From Lama glama (lineage: Eukaryota), in assembly GCA_028534125.1 (NCBI GenBank), contig CM052818.1, positions 35,342,001 to 35,406,000 on the forward strand: a stretch of DNA of 64,000 bases. Reading direction: 5' to 3'. Positions 50,351-63,584 of this stretch are shown piece by piece (positions within the stretch are counted from its first letter, which is position 1; every line of letters begins with the position of its first letter). A program made the position numbers and the translations under genes. The notes under the pieces were generated by a model, which saw nothing but the letters and a program-made list of their open reading frames with translations, was not told the origin of the DNA and ran no database searches.

Positions 50351-52658
50351 TTCTCTACATAATGGCTTTTTCAAGGGAGCCTCCAGCTCACCCTGAAATC
50401 CTTTGAGTTGACTTCAAAGAGCACCGCCAGGCCCTCTTCCAGGGGGACAGGTATCCCTGCTGGAAGTGGAGCCCTGGTGGGCTGGTCACTCACCAGGAAT
50501 GTTCATTCTTGCATCCATTTGCCACAGCCAGCAGGAGCCTCGACCGAGTGACCTCTAAGACTTCACCAAGCCCTGAGGTTCTGTCCTCAGTCTCGAGTCA
50601 CACACACACACACGCACACACACATCCTGGAGAGATCTCTGGTGTGAGGGAGACGGTGGGACCTAGAAGTTGTACCCAAGCTGGGGTCAGACTTTCCATA
50701 GTTGGCCGTCTTTCTCTCTCTGGTCCTCCCGTCCCCTGACCCCACTAGTGGCACTTTTAGCCACTCCACAAGGAATAAGGAAATTGGAAGGGTCGGAGTC
50801 CCGGTTCCAATGTCTTGGGGCCTGACTCCATTCACACCAAGAAGGCTGAGCAGGGAGGCATGTGGGGCCTCTCTCGGGAGTGGGCTCCCTGCCTCAAGGC
50901 CACTTCTAGCCAATCAGATCAGAAGACTGCCCAGGGAAGGGGCTGCAGGAAGGCCTGGAGCAGAGGAGTAGGGGAGCCTGGGCCCAGTGCCAACACTTAG
51001 GGGACAGGGCTGCCCTGCTTACGTGAACATTCAGCTGTTTCCTGAAACTGGAATCAACCTGGGAAAATTCAAGGCTTGGTAGGGAGCTTGATGGACTTGC
51101 AGGAGCCGAGGGACTGGAATGAATGGCAGGGGTGGGTGGAGGGGGACTGTGTGTGTGTAGTTATTGTTGACATCACTGTGCGGCATCTGAGCACATCTCT
51201 GGCCGGTGAGCGGATGTCTCTGGGCCGTGTGCACCACTTGTGTGTCTGCCCATGTGATTGTGTCTGTGTGTCTTTAACCAAGAGTCCATAGCTGGCCGGA
51301 TGCCAGGGTTCCCGGCTGGCACAGAGCTGAGTGCTGCCAAGGGCCTTAAAGGCACAACGGCAGTGGGGGGCTGGGGGTGGGGAAGGCTGAGGAGGCTAAG
51401 GTAAGGCCTGGGGGAAGGTGAGGCCACTTCCACATCTGCCAGCCTCTGGTCCTCCCCAGAGGTGCCCTGGGATCTAGGGGAGCAGACCCCTTTCAGTAGC
51501 AGCTCCTGGCATGGGAGGAGAGGTTGAGTCAGGTGCCTAGAGCCAGGCAAGGACCTGGCTCTGACCCCTAGGGGATTCTAGTGGGAGAGGCAGGGTCTCC
51601 GGGTCTCACTCCTCCACACCTGGGCCCAGGTAAACCTGCACACAGGGCTGCCCTGGAGTGCTGGGCCCTGGGCCCTATCTCCTTTGTATCATTTCCTTCA
51701 TCTCTTATTTGCCAGGTTTTTATTTTTTGTGTGTAAATATTATAACTAAAAAAAAAAAGGCCTCAAAAATCACTTCCCTATTTGGAGCCTCAGCACTCTG
51801 CCCCACCTTGGGAGACAAGACCTCACCTCCTAAGGAAGGATGAGAGTTCTGGAGTCTAGTCCAGGCTTCCAGAAAAAGGGGAGGGTAATGCGGGGGAGGG
51901 GTGCTGGGGAATTGGCTTTGGCCGGGACAGGTTCCCTGCAGAAGGTTCCTTCTTGCTTTGCCTCTGGCTTTTCGTTGTGGTGGCTGCTGCCAAGGAAACA
52001 GCGGCGGCCTTTCCCTGGCCCTGCTGAGGCACATCAAAGCCTCCTTTTCCTCCTTGGAACCCTAGGGATTTGAGGTTGGGCTTTTCCGGCGACTCAACCC
52101 AGAGGGGGAGCCAGCTTTCAAATGCCTCTCCGATACCTGGGTCATTCTGGAAGCTTCACCACTTAGAAGGTGTATGACCTGAGGCAAGCCTTGTAGCCCT
52201 TTTCCTTGGAAAAGTGAGAGTAGCACGGCCCATTGGGATAATTGTGATAATTAAGTTTATTAATGGTATAAGCATATTTAGGCTGGGTCCTGTGCTTGGT
52301 ACTAGGGAGCTGTTGGTGGAGTGGTTGGAAGGAAGAGAAATAAAAAGATAAATAAGGCAAAGCTCACAGTCTAGGAGGGAGACACATAGTAAACAAATAA
52401 TTAGGTACCGTGTGAGGAGTGTTCTAATGAGATAGGGTGTGAAAGCGCTTTGTAAACAAATGCGGAGTGTGGTGGGCTGAGGGGGTGTGAGTGAACGCTG
52501 GAGTGGACTTCACCCTCACTCCTCGAGGCCAGGCCAGACCAGCTGTCTGCCAGCGCCACAGGGGCTTCTGGGGTGGGGGTGGGGGTGGGGTGCGGGGATG
52601 CAGTTGGGGACAAGGCTGAGAGCTCCAAAGACCAGGGCCTGGCACAAATACCTGCCAG

Positions 52659-52660
<2 letters not shown>

Positions 52661-52696
<36 letters not shown>
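52661..52696 (+). repeat. (GT)18 microsatellite followed by (GACA)n
   Basis: Read directly. Confidence 0.95.
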
Positions 52697-52698
<2 letters not shown>

Positions 52699-52714
52699 CA
52701 GACAGACAGACTTT

Positions 52715-52925
52715 AGGAGACAGAAAGTGGAATAGTGGTTGCCAGGGACTGGGAGAGAGGAAGGGGGAGTTTTTGTTTAATAAGTACAAAGTTTCAGTTT
52801 GGGATGATGAAAGTTTTGAGGATTGATGGTGGTGATGACTGTACAACAATGTGAGTGTGCTTAATGTCACTGGCTGGTACACTTGAAAGTGGTAAAAATG
52901 GGAAATTACCACAATTTAAAAAAAA
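52715..52925 (+). mobile_element. Old L1 (L1MB-type) 3' end
   Basis: gacagaaagtggaatagtggttgccaggg...gtttcagtttgggatgatgaaa...tgtacaacaatgtga, then A tail. Confidence 0.8.
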
Positions 52926-52985
52926 TTTGTTTCTAAATCATCCTTAGAGAAAGACAGTCCCTGGTCAGTGCCCATGCCCTCAGCC

Positions 52986-53204
52986 CAGGGCTTTTCAACA
53001 ACAGCACCATCCACATTTGGGCTGAACAATTCTGTGCCGTGGGCCTTGCCTGCAGCGTGTAGGGTGTTTAGCAGCATCCTGGGCCCCTACCCACTAGAAG
53101 CCAGCATTCTGCCCCCCTCACCCCACAGTGCAGCGATCAGAAATGTCTCAGACACATTGCCAAATGTCCTCTGGGGGCAAAATCGCCCCAGTGGAGAACC
53201 ACTG
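52986..53204 (+). mobile_element. MER20 hAT DNA transposon
   Basis: Degenerate TIRs cagggcttttcaac...gtggagaaccactg; internal tgtttagcagcatcc and cattgccaaatgtcctctgggggcaaaatcgcccc. Confidence 0.85.
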
Positions 53205-55629
53205 CCTTCACTGCTCGGAATAAGCCGCTCCTAGGAGAGGCCCAAGGGGCGGGTGGGCAACAGAGAAGCAGGCAGTTGTCCTGGAGTGGAGGGGTCTTAG
53301 CAGGAAGGAAAGCAAAGGTCAGCAAACTCTGAGGGACCCCAGGAGGTGGTGGGCAGGATTTGAAGACCCAGAGTGAGGCATACTGGGCGGGGGCAGGTGC
53401 ACAGTGCGGTTAGGCTACACTCAAATCTGTTGCACCCACCCACCCTGGGGGGAGAAATGAGGGGGCTCACAGCTGCCATTCCCATTCTGCCACCACTCCC
53501 GGCCCCTCCCCCTTCCCCACAGGTGAGGCGCAGAGGAAGCGGAAATTGTCACTACAGCTGCTGGTGGTGCCTTCTAAAAGGGCTGGGGGCTCCTGCTGCT
53601 ACTCCCCCCACCACCATGGGAAAAATGAGTGTCTCAGGGCACACTGTCTCCTTTCAAGGCAACTGTAAAGAATAAAAGCAAATAGAAACAGAGTTTTTAA
53701 CAGTTGCATCTAGTATGCGACAAAGTTGAAAGTCCCCCTTGAATGGGATGCTCTCACTATTAACCTAGTCTTTGGCATTAAGGAATCGATTATGGATACT
53801 GAACACCTGCCAGGTGCCCTACTCCATGCCGAGTCTAACACAATAAAGCAAAGTCCCTGCCTCCAGGAAGCCACAAGCTGGTGGTGACAGGGGAGAGGAG
53901 GGAGCTGGAAGGAAGGTGTGGAGGTGGAGGCAGAAGGTGCAGGCCTCGCTGGGGTAGCCTCTTCTAGTGGCTTCCAGGTGTGGATTACACTGCTCTCACC
54001 CGAGATGCCCTTTTAGGGAGCATCCAGCTCCTCCCTGGTGATTTAAAGTTGCTTCAGTCCACTTGCCAATGGGCCTCCTTCCTCCCTCTCGGTGGTTTCT
54101 TCTGGGTGGGTATGACCCTGGGCCCCAGAGAGAGGGCCAGTGAGGGGCCACTACTGGCTTTGGGTGGGAGTTCTTGATGGGTAAAATAGATCAAGAGTTG
54201 ACCGTGGTAAGAGTCAGTGGCTCCCCTAAGCCTAGAGCCTTGGGTGCCTCAGGGTCATGCAGGACCAGAGAGGGTGGGCAATGGAGGGTGGCCTGGTCGG
54301 GAAGAGAGGAGGGTGAGGACTGGTGAGAACAGGGCAGATTTCAGCCTGCTGAGCTAGCCCTGGGGTGCAGTGCTCCCCCACCCCCCCATCCACCCACCTC
54401 TGGAAGGATGGTGCACCTCACGCTTCTGCTGCCACCGCTGCAGACCAGGATCGTCGGGGGCCCGCCTTGGAGGGGTGCTCGATCAGGGGGTGTCGGGACC
54501 CTGGGGCTGGGTTGGGTCTCAGAGCAGGTCCTCCTTGTTCTCTATGCTATGGAGCTGGCAGTCAACAGGAAGTGAGTCCCAGGGTGAGAAGAGGTTGTGT
54601 GGTCCCAGGGCAGGAAGTGAGTGACAGCCCAGTTGTCTGAGCAGCTTTGTGGGGCTGGGAGCCTGCCCTAACTTGAAGTGTCTGTGGGGAAGCAAGTAGC
54701 TAGAGGAAAGGAGGACACGGCCATGGTAAGAAATTAGTGTTTACCTAACCCTCTCAGCCCGAGTGGGCCAGCCGGACCCCCACACCCACCTCCCTGGGAG
54801 TGCCATGTTTGGGGTTCTGTGGCTCCTGGCAGAGCTAGACCTGAGGGTGGCAGTGGGAGCCCAGGTGCACCCCACTCTGCAGGCTGCCTGGGCCATGTGA
54901 CTCTCATGCACACGAGCCTTGAGGGGTGAGAGGATTTACACCAGGGAGGGCACTCTAGGCCAGGGAGCTCACTGGCTTGAGAGGGAGGTAGCAAAGAGCT
55001 TCTGAGTCCTAGACAGAGTGTGTGGGTCCTGACACATGGGCCTGCTTGCTCCACTGGCTGGCCTGTGTTTGGCCTCCGGGCTCTGCTGGCTTTGGCCCCA
55101 AGCGCCCAGGCCTCGTGGAGGATGTCTCCCTTCCGCCGGAGGCCAGGGGCCTCCTCTTCCTCTTGCTGCGGCCCCCGCCCCCGCTGCTGGGGAGCATGCA
55201 CACTTGTAGCTTTCAGTGGGCGGTTTTCTTCCTGGAAGCAGGCCTGCCCCAAGCCGCCCCGCACAGCCGGGGGCAGCAGCTTGGCAAGGCCTCTGGAGTC
55301 CCCTCCGCTCACCCTCGGGCTGTTCTGCGGAGGGAGCTTCACCCAGGGCGGTCTGGTTTTTATTTTTGTTTTTTCCTAAGGCTCTCATCCTTGTTTGCCA
55401 CTTCTAGGGGTTCCTCACCATATGTAAAAGTTGAGATCGTAAAAGTTGAGATCGCAGACTCTTGGAGCAGAAGCAGCCTTGGGGGTTGCTGGGCTGTGTG
55501 ACAAGGATCTGGGGAAAGAAGCACTCTCTCAGGCTTTGGGGTACGCTTCAAGGGTACGACTTTCTGGAGGAAATTTGGCAGGGTCTACTCACGCTTAGAG
55601 GGCCAAGTCCACTTCTGGGACTCTGGCCT

Positions 55630-56280
55630 GCAGAAATCCACACATGCACAGCACTATCAATGCAAGGGGGTCAATGCAGCAAAAAGCAAACCAGCCCAAA
55701 GGCCCACCATTAGGGAACGGGTTGAATAAATTCTGGACTGTCCATTCAGTAGCCATTGAATGAGACACAGAATGAGCCAGAATGAGCCAGATCCACATGG
55801 AGAAATGCCCGCTGTGCTCGTTAAGTGAAAAAGCAAGATGCAGAACAGTATGAGTAGTATGAGCCCCCTTTAAGGGGAAAAGAAAGTGAGGATCTGGATG
55901 TGCGTATAAATACATATGTGTAAACATGGAACTCACACGTGATTGTAGATACATAAAGAAAATGTCTAGAAAAGATACTCATCAAGCTATTAATAATGAT
56001 TCACCTGCAGGGAGTGATTTTGGATATAAGGAATTGAAGTAGGAGCTTTAACCTTTTAACACTACATTTTTGTGTGGTTTGGGTTTTTTGTTTGTTTTTG
56101 AGGGAGGAGGTAATTAGGTTTATTTATTTATTTATGTTTAGAGGAGGTACTGGGGATCAGACCCAGGACCTCGTGCATGCAAAGCATGCGCTCTACCACT
56201 TGAGCTATTCCCTCCCCTCCATTTTTGTGTGGTTTGAATTTTTACTTGTGTTTGACTTTTTAAATAGGAAAAAAAAAAAA
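55630..56280 (+). mobile_element. Old L1 (L1ME-type) 3' region, interrupted by SINE
   Basis: ggttgaataaatt...gttaagtgaaaaagcaagatgcagaacagtatg; boundaries approximate. Confidence 0.6.
56082..56219 (-). mobile_element. Camelid Vic-1-like SINE with perfect 17-bp TSD
   Basis: Reverse strand ggggagggaatagctcaagtggtagagcgcatgc...; TSD catttttgtgtggtttg at 56065-56081 and 56220-56236. Confidence 0.9.
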
Positions 56281-57439
56281 AGCACTTAAACAGAAAGAAA
56301 CCCTCCTTTGGTCTTGCCTAGTCATCTGGCCTCACAGGTGGGGAAACTGAAGCGCCCTCTTGAATGGCACCTTCCTGAGGTGTTTGCTGAGCGCATGCAG
56401 CTCCCACCCTTCTCCAGGCAGGCATTCTGCAGGGGAGCTGGTGGGCAGGTTGCTGGGGATGGCCTGGTGCCCACAGGGGTGGCAGAGCTCCAAGCACGAT
56501 GTCTCTTGCGTTTTTTCACCCCAAGCAGACACCTCTGTTCCTTCTGAGATGTCCTGGCCTAGCTGTCCCCAGATGGCCAAGGACCAAGTGCTCCTTGGAT
56601 TCTGTCTTTACAGAGTGTGTGACCTCAAGGAAGTCACAGAACTCCCCAAGGAGGCGGAGCCACTCTGAAGGGGCAATGCGTGAGAAGGAGTTTTGCCCAC
56701 CGTGCAGTGACACGTAGGAAGGACAGTCGTGACTACTCTCGATGTGATTCTGGTAGCAAGCTCAGTTCTGAGGCTCCTGAGGACAAAGCAGTACACTTCC
56801 TCTTAGAGGGGGATTGTGGGACCACGTGCTGGGGAGGGCTGGCTACAGAGACTGCGGGTTGCTGGCCGGGGCCTTGGCTCTCCTGGGGTCTGAGCGCCCT
56901 GGAGAGGTTGTGGGGTCAAAGCTGAGGGACCGAATGGCACTAGGCTTTGGGGCCCAGAGGAGGCCCCCTTTCATCCTCACACTCCACTCACCAGGCAGCA
57001 GCTCAGGAGACCAAGAGGATAGCCAGGAGGGCTCCGACAGAGAAGTCAGATCAGCCCGGTGTTACTGGTCTTCTGAGGAGGGGTCCTGGCTGTGAGGAGG
57101 GCTAGCGCGAGGAGTATTTGTTTTCAGCAGGGGCCACAGAGGAGGCTTGGGGGCCCTATGTCACCTCAGTGAGTGGGAATTGTGTAGGGGCGGGTGCAGC
57201 TTGCAGTGGACCCAGGCTGTCAGACCTGCTCGGATTTTTCTCCTGTTTCTTAAGCTGGAGCCCACAGACCCCTTGACCTGAGGGGGTCAGGCCCAGGAAC
57301 TTATAATCTGAGAGGAAAACCGTGAGTGTATTTGCCTACATGAACCTTCACGAACACAATCTTCTGGACAGAGGGTGTGTGTCTCACCAGAATCTCAGAC
57401 AGGTCAGTGATCCTAAAGCAGCTAAAACCACTGGTCTAA

Positions 57440-57850
<411 letters not shown>

Positions 57851-57869
57851 TGAAGGTCTCCTTGCTAAG

Positions 57870-58200
57870 GCTGTGCCCTGCAGGCTCCTGGCTAGATACA
57901 GCCTGCACACATGTTTTATTTGGCCCACATAGTGTTTTAAACATTTAAAAAAATTAGTTGCCAGTATTTAAAAATCAAGAAATTTCACATAAAAATCTGG
58001 AGTTTTGGCTTCTCATGGAAAAAAAAAAGCTGTATCTGGCAACAGTGGGTTTGCAGAGTGCCAGTGGTTGCTGGACTGGGGTGATGACTGTCCCCCCACA
58101 GGCTGGTTGTACGCCTCGTTTCCCTCAGCCTTTACCTGGCCTGCTTACTCTTCCACAAGATCTATGGCTCTTAGAGGTCGATGCGTTGGTAGCCCCTGGC
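57870..58200 (+). mobile_element. MER102-like hAT DNA transposon
   Basis: atgttttatttggcccacatagtgttttaa...ttagttgccagtatttaaaaatcaagaaatttcacataaaaatctgg...atctggcaacagtggg. Confidence 0.75.
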
Positions 58201-59394
58201 CTGGGCAGCAGATGTCCTGGGCTGTTAAAAGCCCAGTCAGCCTTCCCCAGTGCAGATGTCCTGAGCGCACCACAGTTTAGTGGACTTGACTAAAGTTTGG
58301 TGGTGACAGAGTTGGGGAGAGGAGGGGCAGGCGAGGGTGGCTGTACGCAGCTCAGCCCAGGCCTTGTCCTCTGGGGACTTTTTGGCCTAGCCCTGGGGTC
58401 CTGGAAAGTTGCCCACTTTTCTCTTTCAGGTTAAGCCAGGGATTTCAGGGCCAACTGAGCTGTAAACATGTTAGTAATGAGGACAACTAGCATTTGTACA
58501 GGGCTTCACAGTTTACAAAGCGCTTCCTCATACATTATCACGTTTGATCCTCCCAGGGCCCTGCCAGCTTGTTTTACATATGTGCATTTTAATTTCAGAA
58601 ATTCCTCCTTCCAAGTGTACATGATGGAATGAGTCAATCGATTAATTGGTGTAACTTAACTTCACATGCATCCAAACCTAATATTTGTGCAGAGAGCATC
58701 TCCAGAAAAGAGATTTCCAAATTTATTTAAAAATACATTTCATTCATTTATTACTCAACTAATATTCACAACGCTCCCACTGTGTGCAAAGTGCTTTCTG
58801 AGATACTCTGCATTCATTGTTTTATTTACTCTTCCAAACAATCTTCTTCAAGAGGTATTATTATCCCTGTTATAAAGTAGGAAAAAAGTGAGGCTTAATG
58901 AGATGAAGTGACGTCCTCAGGGACCCCAAACCTGTAAGTGACAGATCCAGGATTCATTCTGCCTCATTCCGTCTTGGTCTCTAGCTTCAGAGTCTGTGTG
59001 CCCTTCCAATATCCCCTGCTGTTCTGGAATGGGGCTTGGGGCCGGCTGGTCCTGAACTGAGCACTTCCGGGGGTGTGTCCTGACTCTTGGTGGGAGTGGC
59101 CAAGGGGCCTGAGTGGAGTGAAACAGGAGGAGAGGGAGAAGGCGCCATCCTTCTGTTACTGAGGCCACATGTGCAGGAGAGGAACCTGAGAACCCGTCAG
59201 CCCTTCCCACCAAATAGGCAGCTCCTGGGACCCCACCATGGCTGGCACCCAGTTGCTGCCCAAGGCCTGGGCAGCCCTTCCTGCCTGGCGGGATGGAGCA
59301 GCGCTCCAAGGCTGCTCTTAACCCATGCGGGTTTGCTTTCAGTTTGGCATTTCCCTGTCTCCCTTTCTGTCCGTTCTCAGGAGTGACTCCTTCA

Positions 59395-59995
59395 GTCAGT
59401 CAACAGGGGCTTATTAAACACCCATGTGGTGTGTGCCAGGATCTGTGCCAGGATCTGGGGAACAAAAATCTGGTTCTTGCCTTGGAGGACCTCACAGTCT
59501 GCTGGAAAGGCAGACATTAACGAGAAACGCACACTTAAAAAGTGTGTGATTCCTCACGGAGATAAGTTCTCTAAGGAAAAATAAACAAGTTTCTCTGAGG
59601 AGATGTAACAGAGGGACCCCAGCCAGCCTGTTCCGCCTCAGCTGAAGGATGAGCTCGGGTTCACCGGGGTGGGGAGGTACAGGGAGGGGTGAGAGCGGGG
59701 CATCCAGGGACCCGGCAGAAACCCATGAGTCAGGAGTGGGGGGAGGAAGGGAGAAGGGCATGAGGTAGCAACCAGCACAGCTCCAAGGCTGCCCTCTCAG
59801 GGGGTGACATGATCCGCTTTGCGTTTTGAAAAGATCCCTTTGCCATCTGGATCCTGGAATGGAACCGAGGGGCCGGGAAGCAGGATGAGCGGTTAGGAGG
59901 GAGGATCTGGAGAGCGGTGAGTGAGTGCCAGGGACATGAGGGGGTGGGGAGAGATGGTTCAAGGGTGACTCCTGGGTTTGGGACTTTCACACATT
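59395..59995 (-). mobile_element. L2 LINE fragment
   Basis: cagtcaacagg...ttattaaacacccatgtggtgtgtgccagg...gttcttgccttggaggacctcacagtct; later gtgacatgatccgctttgcgttttgaaaagatc. Confidence 0.6.
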
Positions 59996-60678
59996 GAGTG
60001 GATCTTTCTCAGAATCTAGTGCAAAGTGCAGCAGGCAAAAACACTTCAAGCATCCTTGATTTCCAAAATTTGGCCTTGGAGCATTCCTGTGTGGCCCCAG
60101 CTATCCGGGCAGTGGAGATGCTGGCAGGGATCAGAGCTGGGATCCCTGAAGGTCGCCGTGAATCTCCTGGATGCTGAGACTGGTGAGGTGTTACTTTGAG
60201 GGGTGGGCAGTGGCCCTTTGGAGGCTTGGCCACTGGTCCAGCAGTCAGCCGCACAGAACGCATACTCAGCTGCTTGGTTCCAAGGAGGAAGGAGACTTGG
60301 CCCTGGGGGAGGAAGTGACTTGGCTGTGGTCTCCTTTCGGTTCCTCTCATTCCAGATCTCTTTTCAGAGGCCCCGCACATCTCTCCCGGAACCCCTCTCA
60401 TTCGTTCCTATGCAGGAAAAATGGAGGACTTTAAGGCAGCCTTGGCCCGGGCACCTTTCTGTGTACACGTAGGAGCCCCAGATTCTGATAGTACAGCCAG
60501 GAGAAAGGAGGGACAGGGGAGATGATGAGTAATAAGGACAAGAGCCACCTGGACAGGCAGGTGGTGGCCTTGGAACTGCTCCTATACTCCTAGCATTAGG
60601 GCCATCATTATGAGGGTAGTAACGATGGTAATGTGGCCTTCTTTTACTGAATATTGACTACGCGTTGAGTGTTCTATA

Positions 60679-60842
60679 TCCTTGCTACTCAAAGTGGTCC
60701 ATCAACCAGTAGCATCACCTGGCGTCACCTGGGATGTTAGAAATGCAGAATCTCGGGCCCCATCCTAGACCTACTGAGTTAGAATGTGCATTTGAAAGAG
60801 ATCCTCATGATTTTGATGCACATTAAACTTTGAGAAGTCCTG
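60679..60842 (+). mobile_element. MER5A1-like hAT DNA transposon
   Basis: gctactcaaagtggtcc...gttagaaatgcagaatctcgggccccatcctagacctactgag...gcacattaaactttgagaag. Confidence 0.8.
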
Positions 60843-63584
60843 CTCTTTATGTAACTCTCTTATTTAATCCTTGCAATCATTTGAGAAAGACGTATTACCC
60901 CCATTTTTCAGATGGGACTGAGGGTTCAGAGAGGTTAAGTTATTCACCCAAGACTGTACAAATAGTGAAGGACCAGATTAGGATCAATACAAATCCCCTC
61001 TCTGCTCAGACTGAGCACACAGTGTTGGGCTAGTGGCTGTCCTCTGGGATAAGCCTGGCCTCAGCCCTGTCCTTGAGACCTGGGTTCATTTTAGAGGGAA
61101 TCCGGGGTGACCCCTGAAGGAGTATAGCCTCAGACCAACAGGTAAGTGTTAGAAGCACCCTGGCCTGGCCTGCCCTGCCCCCAGGACCTGAGATGCCCTA
61201 GGGTCATGTCCAAGCCTGCCAGGGCCACCCTGGAAGGCACATAGCCACCTGGCCAGCCTGTGACCCTGGGTCTGGGCCAGGAGCAGATGGACCACAGAGG
61301 GAGTGTCGAGAGAGCAGCTGACCCTCCTTGACTCATGACAAAGTGCTGCATTCTGAGGCAGCCCAGTTTGTTGTTTTGCTGGGCCTGGCTGAAAAGTGTG
61401 TGTGTGATGTCACTCAAGTGGGCATGCGCAGAGTCCGTCTGGAAGAAAATTCCAGAAGGATGCTAGTTAGAAACCACATGAGGAAAAGTAATTCTGTTTG
61501 GGGGAATATGGGGGCCGGGTATAAGGAAGGGGTTGGGGACATCAAGGTGGTGCAGTGTAAAATGAGTTAGCTGCCTGGGGAGGCAGGTGCCCTGGAATCT
61601 GCTCTCAGCTCTGGCAGTAAGTCACGCGGCACCCCAGCCTCTGTTTCTCCGTCAAAGGGCTGGACAAATACTCCGTCAGCAAAACTTAAGGGCTGGACGA
61701 GTACTCTGTCCTCGCCACAGTTCCCTTCATCCCTGATATTCTTTCATTCTAATGAATAAATGAATCCCCATAAACCAACTGCCTGTAGGTCCCCTGTAGG
61801 AAACGGCTGAGGTCCAGGGGACCTCTGGGCTGCTGTGTGATTTGAGGGTGGGCGCCCCCTCCTGGCAGCCCAAAGCCTCACCGGGCGGAACGTGGGGGTC
61901 TGAGAGGAGGGAGGACCCCCGGGAAGAAGGGAGGCTCTGAGAGGGCAGGAGGGGGAGTCGGGCTCCAGGGGGCCTGAGAAAAAGTTGGGAGCTGACTGTA
62001 GTGAATCAAGAAGACCTAAAGGAAGCTCAAAGGAAGAGACAAAGTCCGGTGAGACATACCTTAAAAGGCCTGTCGCGTACACAGCGTTGGCGAGTATGCA
62101 CCCCCGCTTCCTCCCTGCCCGCGGGGTCCACACCTCCCTGCCGCCCACCCTGCAGCTGCTGGCCCTGCCTTCCCCGACCCCACTCCGGGGCTCCAGGTCG
62201 CCAAAACCCAGTGCAGAGCCCCAGGTGAGAGAGGAGAAAGAAACATCCTCTCTGGGGGCTGAGGATTCAGAGACCTTCAGTGCTGTGGCTGGTTTCCGCC
62301 TCAGAGCCAGGAGATGCAGGAGGGGCTGTTTTTTCCGTTCTGGGCTCTTTGTCTCCCCCTCACACCCCCACCCCCACCCCCAAAGCTACCCTGAGCCAGC
62401 CTTAGTGACCTTCCTGCTTTGGGCCCAAGCTCAGTACTCTTGGCTTCAGACAAAAGAGTTCTGGGGCCCAGGTGAAAGGAGGTTCACCCACCCTGTCCTC
62501 CAACAGAAAGCTTGAAGGTCTAATTAACCCAACCCACAGGCCAGGCCAGGGCTGTGCTGGGCCTGGGAGGGGCATCCAAGAGATGAGGACCCTGAGATGC
62601 AGAGGACCCTGGTAGGAGCGCGGGAGCGTTCTGGAATGTGACTGCCCTCCTGCTTGGGGCTTGGAGAAGGATGGAGAGCTCAGGCCCCCTTTAAAGGCAG
62701 TACTGCTGGGGCTCAGCCCCCAGGGGAGCCTTCCCTTCCAGGAACTGGAATCAGGGCCCATTAAGGAGCTATTGGGAGAAGGAGCAGGGAGATGCTGTCT
62801 TAGGGAAGGGGAACAAAACTCACTATATGCCAAGCCCTGCTCTGGGCACTTAATGTTCTCAGTAACCTTAAGATTTTAGAAGGGTTATCTACGTTGAGTC
62901 AGTGAGGAAAAGGCCAGGGGAAGTTACCCAGGACACATGGAGATGGCTGGAATCCAAGTCTTCTAGGATAAAGGCTGAACTCAGGGACCTGAGAATGGGG
63001 TGCAGAGGCAGATAATTCATGCTAGAACCACAGCTCCAGCAGCACTTTAGACACCATCTCCAGCATCTTTATTTTCGAGATGAGGAGACAGTCTCCTGGA
63101 AACGAAGTTGTTTCAGCAGTCCTACTCCAGTCGCCTAGTGCCCCACCGCCCCCCAGAGCATCTTGGCCACACCCCACACATAGAAGGCAGCGCTCCCTTC
63201 CAGGGCTGGGAGGGCTGTGCAGTCTGGCCCCTCCTCTGGGAAGGGGGTTCTGTTCACTGGGAGCAGCCGAGAGAGGCTATGTCTAGACCTCCTTCTGTGT
63301 GGCTGAGGCACTCAGTGGGCCAGCAACCACAGCCTTGGCTTTTCTGTTCTTTCGGATTCGGGCCTCCAACCCTGCCCTCGTCCTGTCTCTGCCCTGGCTG
63401 TGCTCTTGAGTGCTCAGGGCCAACATGGTGTCTGGCGTGCGGTGGGCCATCAGGTTTGACTCAGGGACAGCTCAAAACAGTTGGAGAAGCCCTGTCCCTG
63501 AGACAGGGAGCCCAGGCACCAGGCGAGGCCCCCGAGCCATCCCTGTAACTCTGCGACGGTCCCTTTGTTCTTCCCTCTCCACAG

